A DNA stretch of 64,000 nucleotides from a virus. Taxonomy: Duplodnaviria > Heunggongvirae > Uroviricota > Caudoviricetes. The stretch lies in the IMG/VR virus record IMGVR_UViG_3300047557_002576; one strand, written 5' to 3'. Position 1 is the first letter of the stretch; every line of letters begins with the position of its first letter. Below are positions 10,545-19,265 of this stretch, one piece after another. The notes below the pieces were generated by a model. That model was not told the DNA's origin and made no database searches. It worked only from the letters and a program-made list of their open reading frames with translations. A program made the translations under genes and the position numbers.

Positions 10545-10715
10545 CTAACTGAATGCCATCTGATCTTCAACGAACGTCATAAGTTCGCCCACGTCGAGGT
10601 GGCAATCGACCCAATTTATCTCACTCCCATACTCTAAAAGAAACGCATCTACGACACCGCAATAGGTGGCGAATCGCAGTGCCTCAGAGTAACTAACTGC
10701 CAGGGGGTTGTTCAT
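10545..10715 (-). CDS. small hypothetical protein (56 aa)
   Basis: ATG is preceded by the 36-bp repeated element and a TCTCACCC leader, like its neighbours in the GC island. Confidence 0.3.
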   Translation of the reverse strand: MNNPLAVSYSEALRFATYCGVVDAFLLEYGSEINWVDCHLDVGELMTFVEDQMAFS

Positions 10716-10730
10716 AACGAAAGGGTGAGA

Positions 10731-10766
10731 GGTTTGAGTAATTTAAGGGGAGGGATTAACCTCCCC
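10731..10766. repeat. 36-bp repeated element GGTTTGAGTAATTTAAGGGGAGGGATTAACCTCCCC, copy 1 of 3, with internal hairpin GGGGAGG-GATTAA-CCTCCCC
   Basis: Near-identical copies at 10731-10766, 11186-11221 and 11886-11922, each about 15-25 nt upstream of a minus-strand ATG. Confidence 0.8.
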
Positions 10767-10775
10767 AAGTTCTAA

Positions 10776-11168
10776 TTACCAGTGCCAGGTTTGATAAACT
10801 TTAGTGTCCTCTTTGCCGCCGCAGATGTTAGTTACGCTGAGGTGAGCATTAACGTTACCCTTAAGATCCGCCCATAAGTTACGTGCATCCTCCACACTCA
10901 AACTATCATCAGCGAGCAGACACTTACCCCATACTTTCTCATCAGTCAGGATAGTTTGACGGTGTGAAGCGTAATCGAACTCCCCATTGCGTTTGAACAC
11001 TTCTAGGGAGATTTTAACTGTCCCATCTATTCTCACCTGCTGAGATAGTTTGCCACTACCTTTACAAGCGAAGCAAACGCCGCCGCTTACATGTCCGTAA
11101 TGGGGTAAGATACCTTTACCGTTGCAGCGGTCGCATTCATGAACTAGGGTTTCAAACGTGGCAGGCAT
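10776..11168 (-). CDS. hypothetical zinc-binding protein (CxxC...CxxC)
   Basis: 130 aa. CDRCNGKG ... CFACKGSGK. Confidence 0.5.
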   Translation of the reverse strand: MPATFETLVHECDRCNGKGILPHYGHVSGGVCFACKGSGKLSQQVRIDGTVKISLEVFKRNGEFDYASHRQTILTDEKVWGKCLLADDSLSVEDARNLWADLKGNVNAHLSVTNICGGKEDTKVYQTWHW

Positions 11169-11185
11169 GATCTTAGTGGGGTGTG

Positions 11186-11221
11186 GTTTGAGTAATTTAG
11201 GGGGAGGGATTAACCTCCCCC
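11186..11221. repeat. 36-bp repeated hairpin element, copy 2
   Basis: GGTTTGAGTAATTTAGGGGGAGGGATTAACCTCCCCC, immediately upstream of the 10776..11168 start. Confidence 0.8.
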
Positions 11222-11556
11222 GTTTATCATCAGAGGCGATAACCGCTCAATGGTTCGCTCTCACCTTCGGGCGGTTCAGCATTCCAATGGGAGTACTCGA
11301 CACCCCGTGCAACCATGCTGTAGAGCACTTCCTGGCACTCCGACAGCGGACCCCGCCACATAACCTCGCCACCATCCTCTCCACCCCAAATGGTGGCGAT
11401 AGGTTTGGGAGAGTTCGGGAAAGGGTCGGGCAGGCAGAATCGGCGGATCATGGGTCTTAGGTATGGTGCGGGATCCCCGTCCCGCTTGCAGACATCCTAC
11501 CGCATCGGGGGCGGATCCGCGACCCACCCCCGACACATTTGTTAATTTATAATTTA

Positions 11557-11868
11557 TCAGCGTAGTCCTAAATGCTTTGCTACAACGTAGGGCATTAAAG
11601 TTACATCGACGCCATAATCGTATTCTTCCGATTCTGCGGGGAAGAATGTCACGTACCATCCGCCCGTTCCAGTGATCGTAGGCACCTCATCATTAGACTC
11701 ACAACGACAAACGTAGTTGTATCCGATCGTTTTAATGTAGGACGCCATGCTTTCAGCGTTAGTGTGACCGTTGCGGTTGATCATCATCAGGACATTAACT
11801 GTATCTTCAAGACCAGAATAATCCCAGTCAATTTTAGGGATCCGAACAGTGGGGAGAGTAGCAGACAT
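11557..11868 (-). CDS. hypothetical protein
   Basis: 103-aa ORF with the repeat element upstream. Confidence 0.5.
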   Translation of the reverse strand: MSATLPTVRIPKIDWDYSGLEDTVNVLMMINRNGHTNAESMASYIKTIGYNYVCRCESNDEVPTITGTGGWYVTFFPAESEEYDYGVDVTLMPYVVAKHLGLR

Positions 11869-11885
11869 GGCGAAAAGTGTGGTGA

Positions 11886-11922
11886 GGTTTGAGTAATTTA
11901 AGGGGAGGGATTTAACCTCCCC
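11886..11922. repeat. 36-bp repeated hairpin element, copy 3
   Basis: GGTTTGAGTAATTTAAGGGGAGGGATTTAACCTCCCC upstream of the 11557..11868 start. Confidence 0.8.
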
Positions 11923-11932
11923 AGAGTGTAGA

Positions 11933-12178
11933 TCAGTGAAAGAAATCGTAGGGGGTGTCCTCTGTAGGATCCCAACTATCAGCGATCGACTCCAACGTAG
12001 GTTCGGGATCCTGACCCATGTTATAGGCGTCGATCAGACAATCCAGATAGAAATCCTCAGTGTCCATAATAGGCAGAAAATTATACTTGTCGAATCGCAG
12101 ATCTTCTACGCGATTCCACCAATCGCAGAATCCAGCATCATCAAAGCAGTTGGAGGTTGTGAGGTTTGCGGTTTGCAT
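11933..12178 (-). CDS. hypothetical acidic protein
   Basis: 81 aa, D/E-rich. Confidence 0.45.
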   Translation of the reverse strand: MQTANLTTSNCFDDAGFCDWWNRVEDLRFDKYNFLPIMDTEDFYLDCLIDAYNMGQDPEPTLESIADSWDPTEDTPYDFFH

Positions 12179-12371
12179 GTCGGTGTCAGTGGTGAATGAC
12201 TTTTACAACCTACACGACAGGCACGGATCGCACAAGCGGCAAACGGTTCGTGCTGATACCAAACGGGAAACTCATTCTATTAAAACCGCTGATGGGTCAG
12301 ACCCTTGACGGATGGGCGGGTCATGTGGTTTGAATCGGCATCTGATCTCATAACGCTTGCGGCATCTGCAT

Positions 12372-12413
12372 CATAACAGTAGCGTTATGTATGTCATAAC
12401 AGTAGCGTTATGT
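12372..12413. repeat. direct repeat CATAACAGTAGCGTTATGT, two adjacent copies; a third copy at 16101-16117
   Basis: Exact 19-mer at 12372-12390 and 12395-12413. A 17-nt core recurs at 16101-16117. Confidence 0.8.
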
Positions 12414-12445
12414 CAGCAGTTTGCACATAAAACTCAAACAGTGCT

Positions 12446-12570
12446 AAGTATAAAGAATAAACCAAGGATTGCAGAGTATAAAGAATAAACCAAGGATTGT
12501 AGAGTATAAAGAATAAACCAAGGATTGCAGAGTATAAAGAATAAACCAAGGATTGCAGAGTATAAAGAAT
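12446..12570. repeat. tandem array of 28-bp units AGAGTATAAAGAATAAACCAAGGATTGC, 4 full units plus a truncated fifth
   Basis: Read directly; units differ only at one position (C/T). Gapless, so not CRISPR. Confidence 0.9.
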
Positions 12571-12582
12571 CACTGCCCTTTG

Positions 12583-12681
12583 AGGATTGAATGTGATTAG
12601 AATAACCACACCACATGACAAAAGAATCACATTCAATCCTGAAAAGGTAGTGTAAAGAATAGAGAACTACTTTAGATTCAT
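12583..12681. repeat. two long inverted repeats: AGGATTGAATGTGATT/AATCACATTCAATCCT (12583-12640) and AAGAATAGAGAA/TTCTCTATTCTT (12645-12681)
   Basis: Read directly. Large potential stem-loops, non-coding. Confidence 0.8.
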
Positions 12682-12718
12682 TCTCTATTCTTTATACCTT
12701 CTAATCCTAATTCATTCT

Positions 12719-12880
12719 TTATACTAACCTTGCAGAAACTCCACAAGACTTATAAAACTTAACCATTCTTTCTGCTTCTTCTTTAGTTGTAAAGGATTGT
12801 GTTCTCCATTCACAATCATTATAAGGAGTCTGATAAGTTATAGTGAAACCGATTGAATTGATTTGTTGATTGTTGTTCAT
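12719..12880 (-). CDS. small hypothetical protein (53 aa), AT-rich codon usage inside the GC island
   Basis: ORF MNNNQQINSIGFTITYQ... Confidence 0.3.
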   Translation of the reverse strand: MNNNQQINSIGFTITYQTPYNDCEWRTQSFTTKEEAERMVKFYKSCGVSARLV

Positions 12881-12884
12881 GATT

Positions 12885-13020
12885 GAATAATGATGGTGAT
12901 GTGTATAATCTAGTCGAGATGTGTATGTGTGTGTCTCGACTAGATTAATGTGTGTGTGTCTCGACTAGATTGATGTGTGTGTCTCGACTAGATTAATGTG
13001 TGCATTCTCGTCGAGATTCA
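12885..13020. repeat. cluster A of palindromic 13-bp iterons (ATCTCGACTAGAT/ATCTCGTCGAGAT), including a 3-4x tandem of 23-bp units GTCTCGACTAGATTAATGTGTGT
   Basis: Read directly. Same core as clusters at 16450-16572 and 19020-19265. Confidence 0.85.
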
Positions 13021-13399
13021 ATCCTTGCCTGTTGCATTTCACGAACCAAGTTTAGATAGTTGATTCGTGTAGTTTTTTCTACTTCAGCACAAGAATCTGT
13101 GCGATGTAGATGCCACTCACTGAACGCAATTTGCCATTCAGTGTGAAGTAATTTGAGGGCACTCATCAATAATGCCAGCGACTCATCACACTGTTAGGAT
13201 CATTGTACCAATCTTCCTCCTCATAAGTTGTAACTTTAGGAGTCATCCGAACAATCAGATCATCGGAGAGTGTGCAGACTCCAGTTGTAACTAACTGGAA
13301 AATCTCATCAGGTGTCAGAAAGGTTTCCATTGTGGTGTGGTGTGAACTTGAATCAGTATAAGGTGGAGAGGTGGGGGGTTGGTGCCCCCCGTGTGCAAC

Positions 13400-13663
13400 T
13401 TAATCGACTGTCACAATACAGCGGAACCGTTGCATCTCATCAGCGTAAGAGTCAAGATCCTCGCTTGAAGTATCCTCCCAAGCGATCCATTCATTGTCTC
13501 CCTTGTGAAGATCAATGCACACCAGATCAGGTGCATTCTTTGCAACCTGATTTACACTGCCGAAAAAGTCTACGTAGACTGCATCCCGTTGGGCGTAAAT
13601 CTCAGGTTCGGGATCCAGTGCGGTGATCCAGCGGATGCTGTCCAGGAAAGCGGTGAGATCCAT
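13400..13663 (-). CDS. hypothetical acidic protein
   Basis: Track ORF 13400..13771. Likely true start is MDLTAF at 13663, preceded by the CCACCACACCACACC leader. Confidence 0.45.
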   Translation of the reverse strand: MDLTAFLDSIRWITALDPEPEIYAQRDAVYVDFFGSVNQVAKNAPDLVCIDLHKGDNEWIAWEDTSSEDLDSYADEMQRFRCIVTVD

Positions 13664-13856
13664 TGGGGTGTGGTGTGGTGGACTGAGAGAATTGTAGCAG
13701 ATCAGAGGGAACCTTGGCGACCCATTGCTGACCATTCGTGAGCAGGTTTGGCGACCCCATTGCGGACCCATACCAGTTGGCGGGTCTTAAGGTCGGAAGC
13801 GGGTGAGAGAGTCATGGTAGTGGGGGAACCTTTGTGGTTCCCCGTATTGTAGCAGA

Positions 13857-14114
13857 TCAGGCGAACAGAGCAGCGATCCGGTCACGCTTGCGGATCTGAT
13901 CGGGGATGATGAACCACAGATCCCGCTTGCCGTTGTCGGAGCGGGTAGCGTCCAGGATGCCCCACTTCTCAAGATCGACCAGCACCGCATGAATGGTGCC
14001 CTTATGGCGGCGGGGGTCCATCCCCATCAGGCGAACCAGGTCAGAGCAGGTCTGCGGACCCTTGCTGATCAGGATGCTGCGGACGGCGACGCGGGTGAGC
14101 AGGTGGAAGTTCAT
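13857..14114 (-). CDS. winged-helix DNA-binding protein (putative transcriptional regulator)
   Basis: Track ORF 13857..14153; likely start MNFHLL at 14114. TIHAVLVDLEKWGILDATRSDNGKRDLWFII is wHTH-like. Confidence 0.45.
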   Translation of the reverse strand: MNFHLLTRVAVRSILISKGPQTCSDLVRLMGMDPRRHKGTIHAVLVDLEKWGILDATRSDNGKRDLWFIIPDQIRKRDRIAALFA

Positions 14115-14367
14115 CGGTGTGGTGTGGTGAACTGAGAGAATCATACAGACCACTGTGGCAGGTTCTGATCCAGGTTGTGCCAGTGGTCAGACTGTCCACC
14201 GATGCGGGTTTTGTGGGCGTGCTGGTGCCTATAATACGGGGACAATCGAAGGAGGTGCGGGGTAGCACTGTAGACGACAACGATCGACACCGACCCTGCC
14301 TTGAAATAATGGCGGAAAAAATACAAAGAAAGGGGGCGGATTGTGCCCCCTGTTTGATACTTTAGGA

Positions 14368-14646
14368 TCACATGTCGATCCTTTCAATGTCACCATGTCG
14401 GAGGCATTTGTTAAACAGAGTGCCCCAACTTGTCGCTGCTTTGGATTCTTCATCGCTGAGCAGATCATACCAACGTTGGCACTCTCCCTCATCCTCCCAA
14501 GTATAGCGGTAGGTTTTGCCGCTGCTCTTAAAGGTTACAAGCAGATCATAGGCATCGGTGCCATTATCTGCGGGGATGATCTCCAGATGGGAGATAGCAC
14601 TGGAATCGACTTTAGCAGCGATGGAAAGGTCGGTGGTGGTGAGCAT
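14368..14646 (-). CDS. hypothetical protein
   Basis: 92 aa. Preceded by the cassette (hairpin GGGGGTCTCAGCACCCCC, TATACT, ATG). Confidence 0.5.
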   Translation of the reverse strand: MLTTTDLSIAAKVDSSAISHLEIIPADNGTDAYDLLVTFKSSGKTYRYTWEDEGECQRWYDLLSDEESKAATSWGTLFNKCLRHGDIERIDM

Positions 14647-14717
14647 TGCTCCTCCGTTGTTGACTCTTACAGTATAAGGGTTGGAGTGGGGGTGCTGAGA
14701 CCCCCGTGTGCCAGTTC

Positions 14718-15395
14718 TCAGGGTGTCACAATGGCGTTAACTTTATTCTTTGATGCCCCGTGAGCAGGAAACGCTATCACAAACTCACGGTCTGCTACTT
14801 GACACAAACCACAAGTGGCACAAGTTACCTTACCAGGATGCAATGCTGCAGGGCAGGTAATCACCTTCCGCCCGTTGGTTGTTGTGAAGAATCGACGCTT
14901 TTCTTCACTGTTAACAACCGCAACGGCGGGAATCTTATACTCAGTCATTACACGGTCAGCATCATCAACCGACTCACATGATGCATTGACGGTAAATCCC
15001 ATTCCGTTTGCATTCTGTAGAGCGATCACGTTATGATCGTTCAGAATGTGGTGAGAATAGGTGAAACCTTTCTTACCTTTGTTTGCATCAATTAGGCGAC
15101 GCAGTTTAAGGTAATCAATGTTACCATCATTGTGAGGAAGATCTCCAGCGGTATTGTGCCGCCAGAGTGTATTCTTGGGGACGATTCGGCGGATCTGAGT
15201 AATAAACTCATCCCAATTTACGCCCGTTTCATTGCGGTTCAGGCGATCCCATTGCATACGCTCACGCCCAAGAGTAGCGTAGCATCCTGCATTGTAGAAT
15301 GGGCAGGTTGTAGGGCAGGATACCCGCTCCGTGCGTGTGGTGGTGATCGGACCAGTTTTAGCGTTACCTGAGACCTTTGTGATGGTGACGTTCAT
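14718..15395 (-). CDS. cysteine-rich hypothetical protein (225 aa)
   Basis: SCPTTCPFYNAGC and CATCGLC clusters; no confident family assignment. Cassette upstream. Confidence 0.5.
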   Translation of the reverse strand: MNVTITKVSGNAKTGPITTTRTERVSCPTTCPFYNAGCYATLGRERMQWDRLNRNETGVNWDEFITQIRRIVPKNTLWRHNTAGDLPHNDGNIDYLKLRRLIDANKGKKGFTYSHHILNDHNVIALQNANGMGFTVNASCESVDDADRVMTEYKIPAVAVVNSEEKRRFFTTTNGRKVITCPAALHPGKVTCATCGLCQVADREFVIAFPAHGASKNKVNAIVTP

Positions 15396-15479
15396 GGCGT
15401 GGTGTGGTGCCGTTGACTCCTACAGTATAGGGGATGGGGGCAGCGGTTGCCGCCCCCGTAGTGGACACTTAACGGATTG

Positions 15480-15947
15480 TCACGCTGCCCAGAGGTTTTC
15501 TTCAATCAGGCGATCAATCAGTGCCTTAGAGAGTGACCCACAGTGCTCACAATGGGTCTCAATCTTCACCTTTTCGTGCAGGTAGTTGTAGACAGTCACA
15601 GACTGATAGTGACCGAAGTGCCAGCGATAAACTGCACTGAGAGTTTGCAGATACTTACGGAAGACCACATAATCATCGTAAGAAGTGTGAGACTTCACCC
15701 AGTGATAGATGCCGATAAAGTGGCGGAAGTCGGGAGTTGTGCGGAAATAACCTTTGTTGGCAGCACGACTATACTTAAGGGCATCCATGATGCGATCTGC
15801 GTAATCCTTGCGGAAATACTTTTCAGTTACTTCCTGGCAGACTTCATCAAGTTTGCGAATACCTTCCTCATTCAGTTGCAGAGGAAGAATAGGATTAAAG
15901 AACGGGGCAGCGTTGTTGTTAGCGGTGCCGTTGTTGAAGAAGGACAT
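15480..15947 (-). CDS. hypothetical protein (likely about 155 aa)
   Basis: Track ORF 15480..16172 probably over-extends in GC-rich DNA. The internal ATG at 15945-15947 (MSFFNNG) is the likely start. Confidence 0.45.
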   Translation of the reverse strand: MSFFNNGTANNNAAPFFNPILPLQLNEEGIRKLDEVCQEVTEKYFRKDYADRIMDALKYSRAANKGYFRTTPDFRHFIGIYHWVKSHTSYDDYVVFRKYLQTLSAVYRWHFGHYQSVTVYNYLHEKVKIETHCEHCGSLSKALIDRLIEENLWAA

Positions 15948-16256
15948 GGTTCGGTTCGGTGTGGGTTGTCGGGGTGGTGTGCCGCCGATGAGTGAATGAT
16001 GCCCCGCCAGAATCCAGCACCACAACCGACCTTGTGACACTACCAGGATTGTCACATCAGGCAAACGGACACTACTAATAGATGGGATGAGACATAATGA
16101 CATAACAGTAGCGTTATCATTAAGACAATAAAAAGGATCGGGCACCACCCCGATCCTCTGTACCCACATCACCTATACCATGCTAGGATTATCTGTTCTC
16201 TTACTCGCTGGGTAACTTTACTGAACAGTTGGAGGCAAACCCCTTCCTCCTTTGTG

Positions 16257-16445
16257 TTAGAATTGTATCATCCAGTCTGGGTCGTTGTCAAGTGCTGCCC
16301 AGAAGAAGTTTTTGCGATTCTGGGATGCAATGAACAGTTTGCCACCCTTGTGTTGTTCAACAATACATTCAGGGTTGCTGTCCATGAGATTGGCAAAACG
16401 ATTCTTTGCCTTGCGGGAAATTGGAGTGACGATTGCGGTTTGCAT
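16257..16445 (-). CDS. hypothetical protein (62 aa)
   Basis: ORF directly downstream of iteron cluster B. Confidence 0.35.
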   Translation of the reverse strand: MQTAIVTPISRKAKNRFANLMDSNPECIVEQHKGGKLFIASQNRKNFFWAALDNDPDWMIQF

Positions 16446-16449
16446 GATG

Positions 16450-16572
16450 AATCTCGATCTCGATGTGTGTAATCTAGATCATTGTGCAGGTCTCGTCGAG
16501 ATTGATGTGCCACTAGATGATGTGGCACATCTCGTCGAGTTTCAGAACTGGATCTCGTCTAGGGTTGGAACA
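16450..16572. repeat. cluster B of palindromic iterons (GTCTCGTCGAGATT, ATCTCGTCGAGTT, ATCTCGTCTAGGG, AATCTAGATCAT) plus inverted repeat GTGCCAC-TAGATGATG-TGGCAC
   Basis: Read directly. Confidence 0.8.
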
Positions 16573-16695
16573 TTATCTTGACTAGATTCACTAGAGTCCA
16601 TCCCATTACACAGTGCATCAAGAATCGAAAGGATGCTGTTCCCATCAGTGCCTAGACGAAGTTGAGCAATCAGAAGATCTTTGGTCATTGTAGTT

Positions 16696-16932
16696 TCAGT
16701 AATCAGGGGTTTCAGTAATTTTTACACCAAACGATTCGAGAACTTCATCATCATAATACTCACGAATCTCATTGATGAGTTCTTCTTCAGAATACTCGTT
16801 GTAGTTTGCAACGAGAGTGTCAAATACGAACTGTTCCATTGTCTTGTAATCCATGCCGTCCATTACGAACTCGGCATACTTCTCAACAAGAGTCGAGAAG
16901 TCATCAGTCCAGGTTTTTGCGTTGTTAGACAT
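16696..16932 (-). CDS. small acidic protein
   Basis: 78 aa, D/E/Y-rich. Confidence 0.5.
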   Translation of the reverse strand: MSNNAKTWTDDFSTLVEKYAEFVMDGMDYKTMEQFVFDTLVANYNEYSEEELINEIREYYDDEVLESFGVKITETPDY

Positions 16933-17114
16933 CAGAATACCAGATAGGGTGTGCCTTCGGAAATGAGACCAGGAATACTACAATGTGCAGAGCGAAGTCC
17001 AGTAACTTCATTATCCAGTAAAAGATCCTCCTCAAAGTTATAGAGAATGATCTCACGATCCAGTTGTTCTTCAGTCAGATTCTGAATCTGGGAGAGAAGA
17101 TCACGGTAAGTCAT
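16932..17114 (-). CDS. small acidic protein
   Basis: 60 aa; start/stop overlap with neighbours. Confidence 0.45.
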   Translation of the reverse strand: MTYRDLLSQIQNLTEEQLDREIILYNFEEDLLLDNEVTGLRSAHCSIPGLISEGTPYLVF

Positions 17115-17350
17115 CAGTCGTTCTCCTCAAAGAGTGAGCGAATCTTAGTCAATGCAGTGTAGTAATCTTCCAGATACTCACAATCTTCATCTTCATACTG
17201 ACGATTACTGTCCAGAAGATCATGAATCAGATCCCATTCGGAATCTGTAAAGAACTCTTTGATGGGGTGTGTGGTGGTGTTCATGTGATGTCTCAGGAAC
17301 AAAGGTAGTATGGCAGGGATCTGGTGAAAACACAAGACCCCTTGTGCCAC
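17114..17350 (-). CDS. small acidic protein
   Basis: 78 aa; coupled to the downstream gene. Confidence 0.45.
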   Translation of the reverse strand: MAQGVLCFHQIPAILPLFLRHHMNTTTHPIKEFFTDSEWDLIHDLLDSNRQYEDEDCEYLEDYYTALTKIRSLFEEND

Positions 17351-17530
17351 TTACTTAACTGTCACACATCATAGCAGATGGTGCCTTGAAACTCATCTTC
17401 AACCAGTTTGTTCTCATAATCATCCCAGAGGTGAAGATTCAGGAGAAAGTTGAGATGATCGACCCATTGTGCGTTGAGTTGCATGATGTGATCGTGATTC
17501 CGAATGATGTCGGTGTTGTAGTAGTTCATT

Positions 17531-17713
17531 TCAGAAGTCCCAGTTAGAGTTCAGAAAAGCATCAAAGGATTCTTCTTCAGCAGGGAACTCATCATCAAGA
17601 TCCCGCATCTCAAGGAGATCCCAAATCTCACCCGGAGCATCAGCGATTTCAATCCAGAGGGTGTCTTCCATGAGTGGTGGTGTCGTTGGTTGACTCTTGA
17701 AGTATAGGGGCAC
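17531..17713 (-). CDS. small acidic protein
   Basis: 60 aa. Cassette variant upstream (TATACTTCAAGAGTCAACC..CACCACCACTCATG). Confidence 0.45.
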   Translation of the reverse strand: MPLYFKSQPTTPPLMEDTLWIEIADAPGEIWDLLEMRDLDDEFPAEEESFDAFLNSNWDF

Positions 17714-17747
17714 TGTAGCGTCTTCTAGGTGCCCCTTAGGTCAGTTG

Positions 17748-18005
17748 TCAGAGTGGCACACAAGCACCTTGACGGACTTGAGAATAAGACTCACCAAACA
17801 ATCCGCCATTCTTATGGTGAATCCCATAATAATAGCGTCGTGTGTTCACTTCAGTGAGACCAAAGTGTTGTGCAATCGTCTTGAATGAATGAGTCGGATA
17901 ACACTTCTTATAAGCGTTAATCATTGTACACCAGAACTCTGCGTGTTTGGTGAATCGAATGCTCTTGGATGGATGAACTTGAACGGTTCTCATGGTACTT
18001 GACAA
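17748..18005 (-). CDS. small helix-turn-helix protein
   Basis: TIAQHFGLTEVNTRRYYYG is HTH-like. Confidence 0.4.
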   Translation of the reverse strand: MSSTMRTVQVHPSKSIRFTKHAEFWCTMINAYKKCYPTHSFKTIAQHFGLTEVNTRRYYYGIHHKNGGLFGESYSQVRQGACVPL

Positions 18006-18073
18006 AGTGTGATTTTGTGAGTAGACTAGGTTTGTCCCCGATGAAGATGAGAATCTAAGTTACTTTAAGACTC

Positions 18074-18577
18074 TTATACCGCTAGTGCCCCAGCAGGAAT
18101 GTCCACCAGTTCAGGATCCTGATCGGTGAACTGGTGCATATCGTAGCATACCCACTCACCCTCAGTGAACAGGTAAGAATATTCTTCACCTTTCGATAGA
18201 TACTCCTCTACCGAATCATCATGACGTGGTGGGGTATCTTCACCACGCTGAGAATAATAGAGTGGACCTTGTGCTACAGTTTCATTATTGAAACCAGCAT
18301 TAGTCCATGCAGAACTCATGTCACCTCCATCAATCAGTTCTGCTGCCTGATCATAGGAGTTGTAATGAGTCTTAAGAATACGACCCAACCAGGAAGGATA
18401 ACCATCCCAGTGATGATACGCAGAGAGCACAGAACCATCAGAGAGTTCAATGCCGATTCGTGATCTGGTTGCCATTGGTGTGGGGTGAACAACGATGTCA
18501 ATGTAGGGCATGAAGTGGGGGAAGGAACTCCCCCTTGTGTCAGTTGTTGAATCGTCACATTTTATATCCAGACACAA
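18074..18577 (-). CDS. hypothetical protein
   Basis: 167-aa track ORF; likely start at MPYIDIVV (18508). YHHWDGYPSWLG motif, no family recognised. Confidence 0.45.
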   Translation of the reverse strand: MCLDIKCDDSTTDTRGSSFPHFMPYIDIVVHPTPMATRSRIGIELSDGSVLSAYHHWDGYPSWLGRILKTHYNSYDQAAELIDGGDMSSAWTNAGFNNETVAQGPLYYSQRGEDTPPRHDDSVEEYLSKGEEYSYLFTEGEWVCYDMHQFTDQDPELVDIPAGALAV

Positions 18578-18729
18578 AGATATGACTCCTAAGTGATGAG
18601 AATTGAAAACACCAATCCTATCAGGAATCGTCCTGTTTTTTTGTTGAGTTGTGTCAATGATTTATTGTTTCCTATTTTATTATGCCGGAGACAGGATTTA
18701 ACTCCCTCTTGTATAACGAATGTTGTGTT

Positions 18730-18785
18730 TATTTATAAGGCAAAAGCGGCACTTGGATTTGATCCTTGTGCCGCTTTTTTTATTG
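18730..18785. terminator. intrinsic terminator hairpin (AAAAGCGGCAC...GTGCCGCTTTTTTT, bidirectional A/T runs) with an adjacent minus-strand TATAAATA late-promoter box at 18730-18737
   Basis: Read directly. GC stem flanked by an A-run and a T-run. Confidence 0.6.
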
Positions 18786-19019
18786 TCACAGTATACTTGA
18801 CTACCGCGAATTCTTATGCTAGTATAAATCTGAATAGTCTTTGACTTTAGCAGTGACTGATTCATCTCCTTCTAACTTTAGAAGTTCATGCCAATTAATA
18901 TCTTCCAAGTCTAAATCATCATAACACTCAAGGTCTAGTGTGACTTGTACTAGGCGTTTTTGTGCGATCATAAGAACTCGTGGTAGTGTGGTCTAGATTC
19001 TATCATGCGTAGTGACGAA

Positions 19020-19265
19020 ATGCAAGATCTTGATAGTCTTGCGAGTCTCGTGCATAATCCTCGTCGAGATCTGATGCATAATGCCCATCCTCGTCGAGAT
19101 TATAATCGTTGCTGTAAGAATAGTCGAGATCGTAATCGTCGTACATAACTCGTCGAGATTCTGTGAGTGACTTGATTATTGTACCATAAAACTCGACGAG
19201 ATGCAAGTGTTCTCACAGGTCTCGTCGAGATTCACATGATTCTATATATGCGTCTCGTCTAGATT
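19020..19265. repeat. cluster C of about 9 palindromic iterons, (A/T)CTCGTCGAGAT in both orientations
   Basis: Read directly. Sits between the terminator and the plus-strand endonuclease gene; the ORFs called here are spurious. Confidence 0.85.

Noticed and set aside
12446-12570. Possible CRISPR array
   Set aside because: The repeats are contiguous with no spacers, the units are 28 bp with a single degenerate position, and there is no cas gene. It is a plain tandem repeat.
12394-12636. Two overlapping 60-80-aa ORFs inside the 28-bp tandem array
   Set aside because: Their reading frames are produced by the repeat itself and give repetitive hydrophobic nonsense peptides. The locus is better explained as non-coding.
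11158-16581. Numerous plus-strand ORFs (e.g. 11158..11460, 13312..13626, 14341..14763, 15543..15995, 16285..16581) in the GC island
   Set aside because: They run antisense to a tightly packed, signal-supported minus-strand gene array. Such ORFs are expected in stop-poor GC-rich DNA. They have no cassette or RBS context.
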